Assembly: GCF_040548825.1 (NCBI RefSeq) | Contig: NZ_JBEPSL010000002.1 | Location: forward strand, 486,404-518,403 | DNA length: 32,000 bases | Direction of reading: 5' to 3' | Source of the DNA: Pedobacter africanus | GTDB lineage: Bacteria; Bacteroidota; Bacteroidia; Sphingobacteriales; Sphingobacteriaceae | Shown here: one piece after another, positions 1-7,891 of the stretch | How the letters are laid out: the number at the start of each line of letters is the position of its first letter | Numbering within the stretch: the stretch's first letter is position 1 | Program-made: the position numbers and the translations under genes | The notes under the pieces: model-generated | The model's database searches: none | Told to the model about the DNA's origin: nothing | Seen by the model: only the letters and a program-made list of their open reading frames with translations

Positions 1-2048
1 GCATCCAGAATGGGGAACTCATTACTGATATCAACTTAACAGAAAAAGATGTGCAGACTGCCTCTTTTAAGCTAAAGCCTACCCTGGCATCGGCCAATGA
101 CCTGCAGTTTTTCCCTGAAGGGGGCGAACTGATTACAGGAATAGCTACAAGAATTGGTTTCAAGGCCATCAACAGCAATGGGCTGGGCATCAATTTAAAG
201 GGTTCTATTGTAGACAATGGAGGCAATAAGCTCAGTGATATCAGTTCTTCGCACCTTGGCATGGGCTCTTTTTACCTGAATGCCGAGGCAGGAAAGTCTT
301 ACAAAGCCAATGTGACCTTTGCAGATGGCAGCACAAAAAATTTCGACTTGCCTAAGAGTGTGGAAAGCGGCATAGCAGCCCAGGTAAACAATACCGATTC
401 GCTGGCTTTTAACCTGAAAATTGTAGCCAACGATCCATACTATCAGGCAAACAAAGGTAAAACCCTGTTTATAGTGGCTACAAATGGCGGTATCATTTAT
501 TATGCCGCAAAAACCAAACTGAACACACAGGTTACCTCTGCCCGTATTCCAAAAGACAAGTTCCCGGCAGGCATTGTACAGATTACTTTGTTTAATGAAA
601 CCGGAAATCCGATAAGTGAACGACTTGCCTTCAACTATCGGGCCGACGGACTTAAGCTGAGCCTGAAAAGCGATCTGGCTACTTACAAACCACGTCAAAA
701 AGTGAAACTGGCCGTTAGCGCAAAAGACGGGGAGCAACTTGCTGAGGGTAATTTTTCTGTGTCGGTTACCGACGAACAAAAAGTGCCGGTGGATGAGAAT
801 TCAGAGATCACCATATTAAGTTCGTTATTGCTGACTTCCGATTTAAAGGGCTATGTAGAAAAACCGAACTATTATTTTAACAAAACCAATGCAAAAAAAC
901 TGGCCGACCTGGACGTACTCCTGCTTACCCAGGGTTTCCGCCGGTATACCTATAAAGAGATCATTGATGGTAAATATCCGGCCATCTCCTTTTTACCGGA
1001 ACAAGACATGCGCTTAACCGGTACCTTGAGGGACAGGACAGGCATGCCCGTAAGAAAAGGCACTTTACGTTTAACGGTTCCGGGAACAACACAGGCCAAA
1101 GAAGTAATGACCACCGCATTGGGTGTGTTCTCTTTCCAGAACCTTACTTTCCAGGACTCTGCTGATGTGGTGATCAATGCCAAATACAGTGTTAACGGAA
1201 ACGGGCCTATGATTATGCTGGATGGACAGCCAGCCCCGCCGGTAACCCCGAACCCGCATCCGGGAGAAGAAATTACAAACATAGACAGTGCCATGTCTTC
1301 CTACCTGAACAACAGTAAAAGACAGTATAGCTATTTACGCACACTTAAAGAAGTAAAAATTGAAGGTGCCAAAGCCAAAAGGCCAAGCCATTCTGATCAC
1401 CCGGCACTTTCTGGCTTAAGCTCTATCAATGCTACCGTTATAGAAGGCGATCGCTTCCAGGGCTGTAACATCCTGGCCCTGTGTTTACAGACCATGGCTA
1501 CAGGACTTACCTTTTTTGAAGACAAATTTTATGTTACCCGCGATTATAATGCAGGCAGCAGGGTTCCTGTACAGATCTTTCTGAATGGGATGCCAATTGA
1601 CTATATCGGACTCGGGAGCGTACAATCTTCAGATGTAGAAAATGTAGAGGTATTTACCAGGGATGACCTGGGTACGGTAAACCGGATGTACAACACCAAT
1701 GGGGTTTTGGTGATCAATACCAAGAAAATCCCTAAAGGAACAAAAATGAGCATGGAGGAATTCAAAAAGCTGATCCCAGACCCGGCAGTGCTTAAAATTA
1801 AGCCAAAAGGTTATAGTAAACAGCGTGAATTCTACATGCCTAAATATGTAAATGCCGCGGCAACCTATAACTTTAATGACCTGCGCAGTACCATTTACTG
1901 GAACCCTAAAGTGGTTACCACTGCCGCCGGAGGTTTATCGCTGGAGTATTACAATGCCGATGGCAAAGGTACTTACAAAGCGGTGATAGAAGGGGTAGAC
2001 AAAAACGGGAACGTAAGCCGATCTGTCTACCGCTATACTGTTAAATAA
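1..2048 (+). CDS. C-terminal part of a large secreted Bacteroidota protein, 5'-truncated by the window edge. It has Ig-like/MG2 (alpha-2-macroglobulin-like) beta-sandwich repeats and a Plug-like C-terminal region. Function unknown.
   Basis: Frame 3 is open from nt 3, with no stop upstream of the GTG at 51, so the gene begins outside the window. The ORF runs uninterrupted to TAA at 2046-2048. The repetitive beta-strand-rich sequence and the segment FLNGMPIDYIGLGSVQSSDVENVEVFT resemble carboxypeptidase-regulatory/Plug-type proteins of Bacteroidota. Family assignment is by eye only. Confidence 0.6.
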   Translation, partial: IQNGELITDINLTEKDVQTASFKLKPTLASANDLQFFPEGGELITGIATRIGFKAINSNGLGINLKGSIVDNGGNKLSDISSSHLGMGSFYLNAEAGKSYKANVTFADGSTKNFDLPKSVESGIAAQVNNTDSLAFNLKIVANDPYYQANKGKTLFIVATNGGIIYYAAKTKLNTQVTSARIPKDKFPAGIVQITLFNETGNPISERLAFNYRADGLKLSLKSDLATYKPRQKVKLAVSAKDGEQLAEGNFSVSVTDEQKVPVDENSEITILSSLLLTSDLKGYVEKPNYYFNKTNAKKLADLDVLLLTQGFRRYTYKEIIDGKYPAISFLPEQDMRLTGTLRDRTGMPVRKGTLRLTVPGTTQAKEVMTTALGVFSFQNLTFQDSADVVINAKYSVNGNGPMIMLDGQPAPPVTPNPHPGEEITNIDSAMSSYLNNSKRQYSYLRTLKEVKIEGAKAKRPSHSDHPALSGLSSINATVIEGDRFQGCNILALCLQTMATGLTFFEDKFYVTRDYNAGSRVPVQIFLNGMPIDYIGLGSVQSSDVENVEVFTRDDLGTVNRMYNTNGVLVINTKKIPKGTKMSMEEFKKLIPDPAVLKIKPKGYSKQREFYMPKYVNAAATYNFNDLRSTIYWNPKVVTTAAGGLSLEYYNADGKGTYKAVIEGVDKNGNVSRSVYRYTVK

Positions 2049-2050
2049 GT

Positions 2051-3604
2051 TTATTCTTCCTCTTTTTTGGGCTCTTCAATGGGCAGGTGCTTGCATTTCA
2101 GTCCGGATTCGGTCATTACCCACTCCGTGAACTCGGCATCGCCGGCATTCTCGTTACAGGTCCAGTAATCGTAAATGGAAAGGTACCTGTGCAGTGACCT
2201 GCTGATCCTGATCTGGGTACCTACCGGAACTTTCATCGTCAGTGCCACTTCCTGTCCGCGCCAGTTGGCATTTTTTGGCAGCCACAGCATCGGACCAAAA
2301 TTCAGTACTGCACCCTGCTGCAGAAAACCGTAGTGGACATTCTGCGCGTTCTTTAAAGCAGTTTCAAAGGTTTTGCCCCTGGCTTTGTAATTCTGCCTGA
2401 TCTCGGTTTTGCCGTCCTCACTTCTTTCTATCCTGATCCTGATGTTCCGGGGTGCATCAAAATCATCGTCACGATCGTCCAGAATTCTTCTTTCTTTATA
2501 ATTCTGAGGGTCAATACCATAATTAAGGCTGTCTTCTTTAGTGAAAAACTTAGTAAAATCTGCCTTTAAGGTATATTCCTTAAAAGGCTTGAGTGCTGTG
2601 TCCTGTGTAAATTCTGCACCTTCTTTAAATTCAGAAGAGATTCTGGCCACATAATAAATACCAAAGAACACACTGCCCAGCCACACGATCAGCATACCAA
2701 ATGAAAATGCTTTGCTTATCGGCTTACCGTTGAAAGCCACCCTTAGCGAGAAAATAATAAGGGCCAGTACCGGGATACCAAACAACAGGAGCGCTGCAAA
2801 AACCACTGCGGGGATATACTCCTGGTTGATGATGTTCAGGGGAAAATAGCTGAAGATATCAGCGTCCCAGAAACCAAACAGCGCTGCAGCGGCCGAAATG
2901 AGTGCCAGTATAAGGAATGAACCGAAAACCGTAATGCTGATGGCAATGATTTTAAGGATAATCCTTCCTGTTCCCTGAAGAAAATTCCAGATCACCTCAA
3001 AAAACTCAGCTACAAACCCTTTGGATTGTTTAACCAATGGATGCTGATAGCTGTTGGCAAAGCCGCGCAAAGTAGGCTCCTCGCCGTACATCGACATCCG
3101 TTCAAAACGTGTTTTTGCCTTAGGCACCATGATCCAGAAAATGATATAGGCCAGCAAGCCCGAACCAAAAATAAAAATGGTAAGAAAAGTAAACAGCCTT
3201 ACCCATTTCACATTCAGATCCAGGTAATGTGCCAAACCCGCACATACCCCGGCAATCATGGCCTGGTCCGTATCCCTGTATAATTTTTTTATAGAATCGT
3301 ACTCCGGCGGGGCGGTATATTGTTCATCTGTTTCTTCTGAAGTCTCAAAATCTTTTACAGAGCCCATCTGCTGCATAACCGACTGAACATCGGCAATACT
3401 GATCACCTGCTTTTGCTGTACATTCAGCATTTCAGCAAACATCTCCGCTATGCGGTTTTCAATGTCTGTTACAATTTCAAAATCATCTGCATTTCTTGCA
3501 AAGTGCTGCTTCACCTCGTTCAGGTAAACAGTAAGCATTTCGTAGGCATCCTCTTCAATATGAACAATAGAGTTGCCAATATTTATGTTGTGTGTCTTCT
3601 TCAT
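2051..3604 (-). CDS. PspC domain-containing membrane protein
   Basis: 517-aa ORF. It has a PspC-domain signature (MIAGVCAGLAHYLDLNVKWVRLFTFLTIFIFGSGLLAYIIFWIMVPKA) followed by several hydrophobic helices. Its ATG overlaps the PadR stop (ATGA at 3601-3604). Confidence 0.85.
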   Translation of the reverse strand: MKKTHNINIGNSIVHIEEDAYEMLTVYLNEVKQHFARNADDFEIVTDIENRIAEMFAEMLNVQQKQVISIADVQSVMQQMGSVKDFETSEETDEQYTAPPEYDSIKKLYRDTDQAMIAGVCAGLAHYLDLNVKWVRLFTFLTIFIFGSGLLAYIIFWIMVPKAKTRFERMSMYGEEPTLRGFANSYQHPLVKQSKGFVAEFFEVIWNFLQGTGRIILKIIAISITVFGSFLILALISAAAALFGFWDADIFSYFPLNIINQEYIPAVVFAALLLFGIPVLALIIFSLRVAFNGKPISKAFSFGMLIVWLGSVFFGIYYVARISSEFKEGAEFTQDTALKPFKEYTLKADFTKFFTKEDSLNYGIDPQNYKERRILDDRDDDFDAPRNIRIRIERSEDGKTEIRQNYKARGKTFETALKNAQNVHYGFLQQGAVLNFGPMLWLPKNANWRGQEVALTMKVPVGTQIRISRSLHRYLSIYDYWTCNENAGDAEFTEWVMTESGLKCKHLPIEEPKKEEE

Positions 3605-3969
3605 GAGTTTGTGGGATTAACTGGTCCTTTTGATTCCTGGTCTGCTACCTTCCTGGATGTATTTACGGCATATTCAAGCTCCTGCCAGGTGGCATCCAGC
3701 TGTTTTAAAATGGCCTTGCCATCTTCGGTGAGCATGTAATACTTACGTGGAGGGCCCGAAGTTGATTCTACCCAGTTGTAGCTCAGCAAGCCGTTGTTCT
3801 TCAAGCGCGTAAGTAAGGGGTAAAGCGTACCCTCTACTACCAGAAGCCTGGCCTGTTTCAATTCTGCGATGATATCTGAAGCATAAATTTCGCCTCTTGA
3901 TATAATGAGCAGGACACAATATTCAATTATGCCCTTCCGCATTTGTGTTTGGGTGTTTTCTGCTATCAT
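3601..3969 (-). CDS. PadR family transcriptional regulator
   Basis: 122 aa. Winged-helix PadR pattern: GIIEYCVLLIISRGEIYASDII...VVEGTLYPLLTRLKNNGLLSYNWVESTSGPPRKYYMLTEDGK. It is translationally coupled to the downstream PspC gene. Confidence 0.9.
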   Translation of the reverse strand: MIAENTQTQMRKGIIEYCVLLIISRGEIYASDIIAELKQARLLVVEGTLYPLLTRLKNNGLLSYNWVESTSGPPRKYYMLTEDGKAILKQLDATWQELEYAVNTSRKVADQESKGPVNPTNS

Positions 3970-3973
3970 AATA

Positions 3974-4019
3974 CAAAGTTATATGCTTTATATAGTAATA
4001 TGCAATACATAGTACTATA
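3974..4019 (-). promoter_or_regulatory. Candidate padR promoter (-7 box TAACTTTG) plus an imperfect palindromic operator
   Basis: On the minus strand, TAACTTTG (3981..3974) matches the Bacteroidota -7 consensus TAnnTTTG and ends 4 nt before the padR ATG (3969). Upstream, TATAGTAATATG (3991-4002) and CATAGTACTATA (4008-4019) form a 12-nt inverted repeat with 1 mismatch and a 5-nt spacer (caata). That spacer carries a possible -33 TTG on the minus strand. Confidence 0.4.
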
Positions 4020-4108
4020 AAAATAACAAAACTACACGCAAACAACTGATTATCAATACGATTATTTTACAATTCAAAAAAGAGGGTTTATCCTAAAAGA
4101 AGAAAAAA

Positions 4109-4366
4109 ATGGAAAAAGTAAAAGTTTTCAACAATTCCACATGTTTTTGGCATTATGGCTTGGCCTTTGATAGTATTTTGGTACATCTATCAAAATTACA
4201 TCTACCTATGTTAATCAATCTTAACCCAATTCTTCAGGTTTTTGCCAGGCAAAAGGAAGAAAAAAAAGAAAGGCAACTGGACAGGAAAGACTGGATTAAT
4301 GCCGACAGGATTGTCATGATCATATTGTTCCTGAGTGTAATTATAGGTGCAATTGTCTTTTCCTGA
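4109..4366 (+). CDS. Doubtful small hypothetical protein (85 aa) with a C-terminal hydrophobic helix
   Basis: It is the only ORF in an AT-rich 400-nt gap. It has a C-terminal TM-like stretch (RIVMIILFLSVIIGAIVFS) but odd N-terminal composition and no recognisable family. The real start could be the internal Met (MLINLNP...). Confidence 0.2.
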   Translation: MEKVKVFNNSTCFWHYGLAFDSILVHLSKLHLPMLINLNPILQVFARQKEEKKERQLDRKDWINADRIVMIILFLSVIIGAIVFS

Positions 4367-4371
4367 TTGAC

Positions 4372-5514
4372 TTAAAGCAATAAAGTATCAATTCTATGGG
4401 CCTGAACCCTTTGCTGCTGGGGCGACCAGCTGTAAATGGTGAAATGTCCATCCTGAGAGGCGACCAGCGCCATGGCATCCCGCTGATCGTGAACAAACTG
4501 GGCAGCCGAAAGGTGCCTTGTACCCCCTACTTTAGAAGGATGGAGCACTACTGCAGCGCCCCCGATGATTGGTTCTGAAAAAGAGAGTTCATCAATGTTT
4601 TCTTTCCCTTTGGCCCTTCCAATCTTGGCACCGAAAGCCAGAAGTTCATATGCCGTGCTGATTACCGTGGCCCCATCTACAGCTGTTAATCCGGCCAGGT
4701 GCTCTACCTCACGTTTTAGGGCTGTTTGCCAGAAAATCTGGCTGGCCTCCTTCCTATCCTGCTGCAGTAGTTTAGACAGGCCGGTAAAGGAAGGCTGAAT
4801 TCCATATTGGATGGGCTTAATGATGGACTGCAGCCAGTTCCTGGTTTCGTTTGGCACCACAAGCAGCGTACCGCCCCTGCCATGGGCACGCATGGAAACC
4901 GCTATTTGTATGAGTACATTGACAGAGTCGTTCCAGTAAGAAGGTGCAGTTAAGTCGAGCAGTGACAACAGCATTGGCGGACAATCGGGCAGACTGTTGT
5001 GCTGACTTTCCACCACTTTGACCTGATCGCCTTTAAGTACGGCCAGGTTGGTGAATTTACCGAAGCCATAAATGCGGCGGTGTTTGATGACCAGCAATGC
5101 CGGTTCAGATACATCCACCACAAAACAAAAGTTCGGGATGCTCACTGTAGTTCCCCATACATACAATTCCCCTTCTTCTATCCAGATGCCCAGATGTATA
5201 CCTGCGCGTTCAACACCAGGTGCAATTTTTGTTAAGGTACCAGGGTTTAAAGGCAGCCGCTGTTTAAAAAGCAAGGGGTTTCCCGCCTGCTGGGGCGGCA
5301 AATAAGCCAGGGATATTTTTGGGGAATGCCCTTCTTCTTTGCGCAGACTGGCCCAGAACGTCGCATCCAGAATGGCTTCAACCACATCTGCAGTAGGCAA
5401 CGGCGCCAGGTCCTCTTCACCGCTTTCACTGGCAGCACTAAGGTGTTGCGCAAAAATGGCTTCCACTTTTGGGGCAATAACTTTTGCTGCCTGATAGGTT
5501 GTGCGGTAGATCAT
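4372..5514 (-). CDS. Cytosolic protein with a C-terminal DisA-N/DAC (diadenylate cyclase) domain and an uncharacterised ~190-aa N-terminal domain
   Basis: 380-aa ORF with an ATG start. The C-terminal half carries the DAC motif series: HGRGGTLLVV, LTAVDGATVIS (DGA motif), GGTRHLSAAQF (RHR motif present as RHL) and ALVASQDGHFTIY (compare DisA ...SQRR...TLY). No TM helices or HhH domain are visible. Confidence 0.75.
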   Translation of the reverse strand: MIYRTTYQAAKVIAPKVEAIFAQHLSAASESGEEDLAPLPTADVVEAILDATFWASLRKEEGHSPKISLAYLPPQQAGNPLLFKQRLPLNPGTLTKIAPGVERAGIHLGIWIEEGELYVWGTTVSIPNFCFVVDVSEPALLVIKHRRIYGFGKFTNLAVLKGDQVKVVESQHNSLPDCPPMLLSLLDLTAPSYWNDSVNVLIQIAVSMRAHGRGGTLLVVPNETRNWLQSIIKPIQYGIQPSFTGLSKLLQQDRKEASQIFWQTALKREVEHLAGLTAVDGATVISTAYELLAFGAKIGRAKGKENIDELSFSEPIIGGAAVVLHPSKVGGTRHLSAAQFVHDQRDAMALVASQDGHFTIYSWSPQQQRVQAHRIDTLLL

Positions 5515-5550
5515 GCCCTAAAGTTAATTTATTTAGGGCAAAACATCACA

Positions 5551-7800
5551 TCATTTAATTGTCAATCTCACACCCAAGAAACCTCTTATGCTCTGGTTCG
5601 GCCCGTAAACATAGGTAGGGTCAAAAGTTAAATTATAGGGGTTATCTACCTCAGGATGTTTGTCGAAAGGATCATTTGCACGGGCAATGATAAAAGGATT
5701 GCCACGATTGGGTGTCCAGTTGAGCAGATTTTTAACACCGCCATAGAGCTCTATCTTTTTAAAGCCCCCGAAGGTAAGCTGGATGTTCTGTATGCTCCAT
5801 GTTGGCGAATATTCTTTACGCGGGTCCAGTTCGTTCAATAGCGGCAGGCGCATCGGGCTGTAAATATTGCCCGTATAATCCACAGTTAGTTTAAGCGGTT
5901 TGATCTTATAGGAAACCGCCCAGTTACCCGAAAATTTCTCGGTGAGGATCTGCTGTTTTTTAACCCCCTTTTCATAAGTGGCCACATCCTGGTAGGTACC
6001 GCCAAATATGATTTTCAGGCCATTGGTAAAGGTGAGGTCTATATTGGTGCTGAGGCCCTTACTTACCGCATGACCATCCAGGTTATCGTAAATGATCTGG
6101 TTGGGGTTGGTATCAAAATCGCCTATGATCCTGTTGTTGAAATAGGTATAAAAAGCAGATGACTCTATTCCGAAAAACGTTCCGTTGGCGAAATATATCT
6201 TTTTCAGGTAGTTCAGGTTTACATTGTATGTTTTTTCAGGTTTCAGCTCATTTACCACTTTTACCTCCCTTGCCCCGGTTAAAGCAGCATGGTCTTCCGT
6301 AAAAATATTGACTACCCGGAAGCCTGTACCCGCATTTAAACGCAGGATGTTATTGTCGTTGATGCTCCATTTATAGGCCAGTCTGGGTGTAAAAATATTC
6401 CCGTGTACAGAATTGTAATCGTACCTGAACCCTGCCAGAAACTTATGCTTTGGGGCCAGTGTAATTTCATCCTGTACAAAAACCCCGGGCAGCCAGGTGT
6501 TCTTTTTCAGGCTTTGGTTCATGCTTGTTGTTGCAGGCGTATTGTCGTCGTAATAGGTGTAACGCATTGCTGCCCCAAACAGCAGATCATGATTGTGCAG
6601 CTGCTTGTCCCAGGTAAGTTGCGCAAAGCCGATTTTCTGTTCGGCAATGTATGAAGTGATACCGTACCTGCTGTCCTGATCGTGTTCATTATAAGAAAAG
6701 GCAAGGAACATTTTTTCGCTGACCGGGAGCTGGTAATTTCCGATCAGTTCCCATCGATTGGTATAAATGCTTTCCCCATACACTTCATCGCCCCCTCTGT
6801 AACTTTTGTTCCACTGCATTTCACCGCCCCAGCGGTCTTCATAAACATATCTTCCACCCAAAGTAAATATCCGGTCCTGCTTTCTTTTAAAATTCCATTT
6901 CTGGAATACGGAAATACGGTCCTGCAAGGTTACATCCGTAAAATTATCGTGGTTATCATCTATAGGGTGGCCGTATTTAAAATAATTGACCCCAGTTAAT
7001 ACATCGGTGTTTTTACCTGCTTTAAATTTAAAGCCCAGGTCGGTATTGAATTCCCGGTAGCTGGTTGCAAAAACATCGGCAGAAAATAAAGGGGCGTTTT
7101 GCGGCTTTTTAGTGATAATGTTGATCAGCCCCCCTACAGCCTCACTTCCATACAGCGAAGAAGCCGGACCTTTCACGATCTCGATCTGCTCAACAAGCGA
7201 GTTGGGGATGCCCGATAAGCCATAAACACTGGAAAGGCTGCTCACTATGGGCATGCCATCAATTAAAATCATGGTGTAGGGCCCTTCCAGGCCGTTGATG
7301 TGGATATCGCCGGTATTGCAGATGTTGCAATTCAATTGCGGCCGTACCCCGTTTACATTTTGCAGCGCCTCGAAAATACTCGGTGTAGGGTTCTTTCTGA
7401 AAAATGCAGGTGTATATACCTCTACCGGCACCGGGCTTTCCAGGCGTTTTACCTCTTTCAGCGTTCCGGTTACCACCACTTCGTTCAGGTCGTTCTGGAA
7501 ATTACTAAGGTCAAAATCTAGTTTTAGGTTTTCATTTGATTTCAGTGCAACCGATTTGATCATTTTTCTAAAGCCTACTGCTGATACCTGGATTTTATAA
7601 TTGCCGGGAGCTAGTTTGTCGAAAGCATAATTTCCCGCAGTATCGGTTTTTACAAGCAAGGATGTGCCCTGCAAGCTAACGTTCACGTTTGAAAGGACTT
7701 TGTATTCAGCTAATACCTGCCCTTTAATGTGGCCCTGTTGGGCCAGGGATGGAAACGAAAGCAGTACGGAAAAAATAAGGGTTATGGAAAAGTATTTCAT
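5551..7800 (-). CDS. TonB-dependent outer-membrane receptor with an N-terminal carboxypeptidase-regulatory-like domain
   Basis: 749 aa. Signal peptide MKYFSITLIFSVLLSFPSLAQQ; CarboxypepD_reg-like GHIKGQVL...GNYKIQVSAVGF; Plug region with an unusual CNICNTGD motif; C-terminal beta-barrel ending ...GFLGVRLTIK. Confidence 0.9.
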   Translation of the reverse strand: MKYFSITLIFSVLLSFPSLAQQGHIKGQVLAEYKVLSNVNVSLQGTSLLVKTDTAGNYAFDKLAPGNYKIQVSAVGFRKMIKSVALKSNENLKLDFDLSNFQNDLNEVVVTGTLKEVKRLESPVPVEVYTPAFFRKNPTPSIFEALQNVNGVRPQLNCNICNTGDIHINGLEGPYTMILIDGMPIVSSLSSVYGLSGIPNSLVEQIEIVKGPASSLYGSEAVGGLINIITKKPQNAPLFSADVFATSYREFNTDLGFKFKAGKNTDVLTGVNYFKYGHPIDDNHDNFTDVTLQDRISVFQKWNFKRKQDRIFTLGGRYVYEDRWGGEMQWNKSYRGGDEVYGESIYTNRWELIGNYQLPVSEKMFLAFSYNEHDQDSRYGITSYIAEQKIGFAQLTWDKQLHNHDLLFGAAMRYTYYDDNTPATTSMNQSLKKNTWLPGVFVQDEITLAPKHKFLAGFRYDYNSVHGNIFTPRLAYKWSINDNNILRLNAGTGFRVVNIFTEDHAALTGAREVKVVNELKPEKTYNVNLNYLKKIYFANGTFFGIESSAFYTYFNNRIIGDFDTNPNQIIYDNLDGHAVSKGLSTNIDLTFTNGLKIIFGGTYQDVATYEKGVKKQQILTEKFSGNWAVSYKIKPLKLTVDYTGNIYSPMRLPLLNELDPRKEYSPTWSIQNIQLTFGGFKKIELYGGVKNLLNWTPNRGNPFIIARANDPFDKHPEVDNPYNLTFDPTYVYGPNQSIRGFLGVRLTIK

Positions 7801-7834
7801 TTATCTAATTTAATATTCAACGATACAAAACTAT

Positions 7835-7861
7835 AAAAGTTAGACTTACCTAACAAATATA
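7835..7861 (-). promoter_or_regulatory. DtxR/IdeR-box-like operator overlapping a candidate -7 box of the TonB-dependent receptor gene
   Basis: Minus strand 7853..7835 reads TTAGGTAAGTCTAACTTTT, matching 14 of 19 positions of the classical DtxR operator TTAGGTTAGCCTAACCTAA. Its palindromic core is GTTAG-N6-CTAAC (7839-7854). Immediately upstream on the minus strand is TATATTTG (7861..7854), which matches TAnnTTTG. Confidence 0.5.
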
Positions 7862-7879
7862 ATTTGAGAATTATTATTT

Positions 7880-7887
7880 TATATTTG
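7880..7887 (+). promoter_or_regulatory. Candidate -7 box (TATATTTG) for the DtxR-family repressor gene
   Basis: Exact TAnnTTTG match ending 4 nt before the ATG at 7892. No well-spaced -33 TTTG was found, so this is weak. Confidence 0.3.
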
Positions 7888-7891
7888 CATT

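Noticed and set aside
2041-2055. AATAA-gt-TTATT mini-palindrome in the 2-nt gap between convergent genes, considered as a bidirectional terminator
   Set aside because: It is a 5-bp all-A:T stem with a 2-nt loop, which is thermodynamically negligible.
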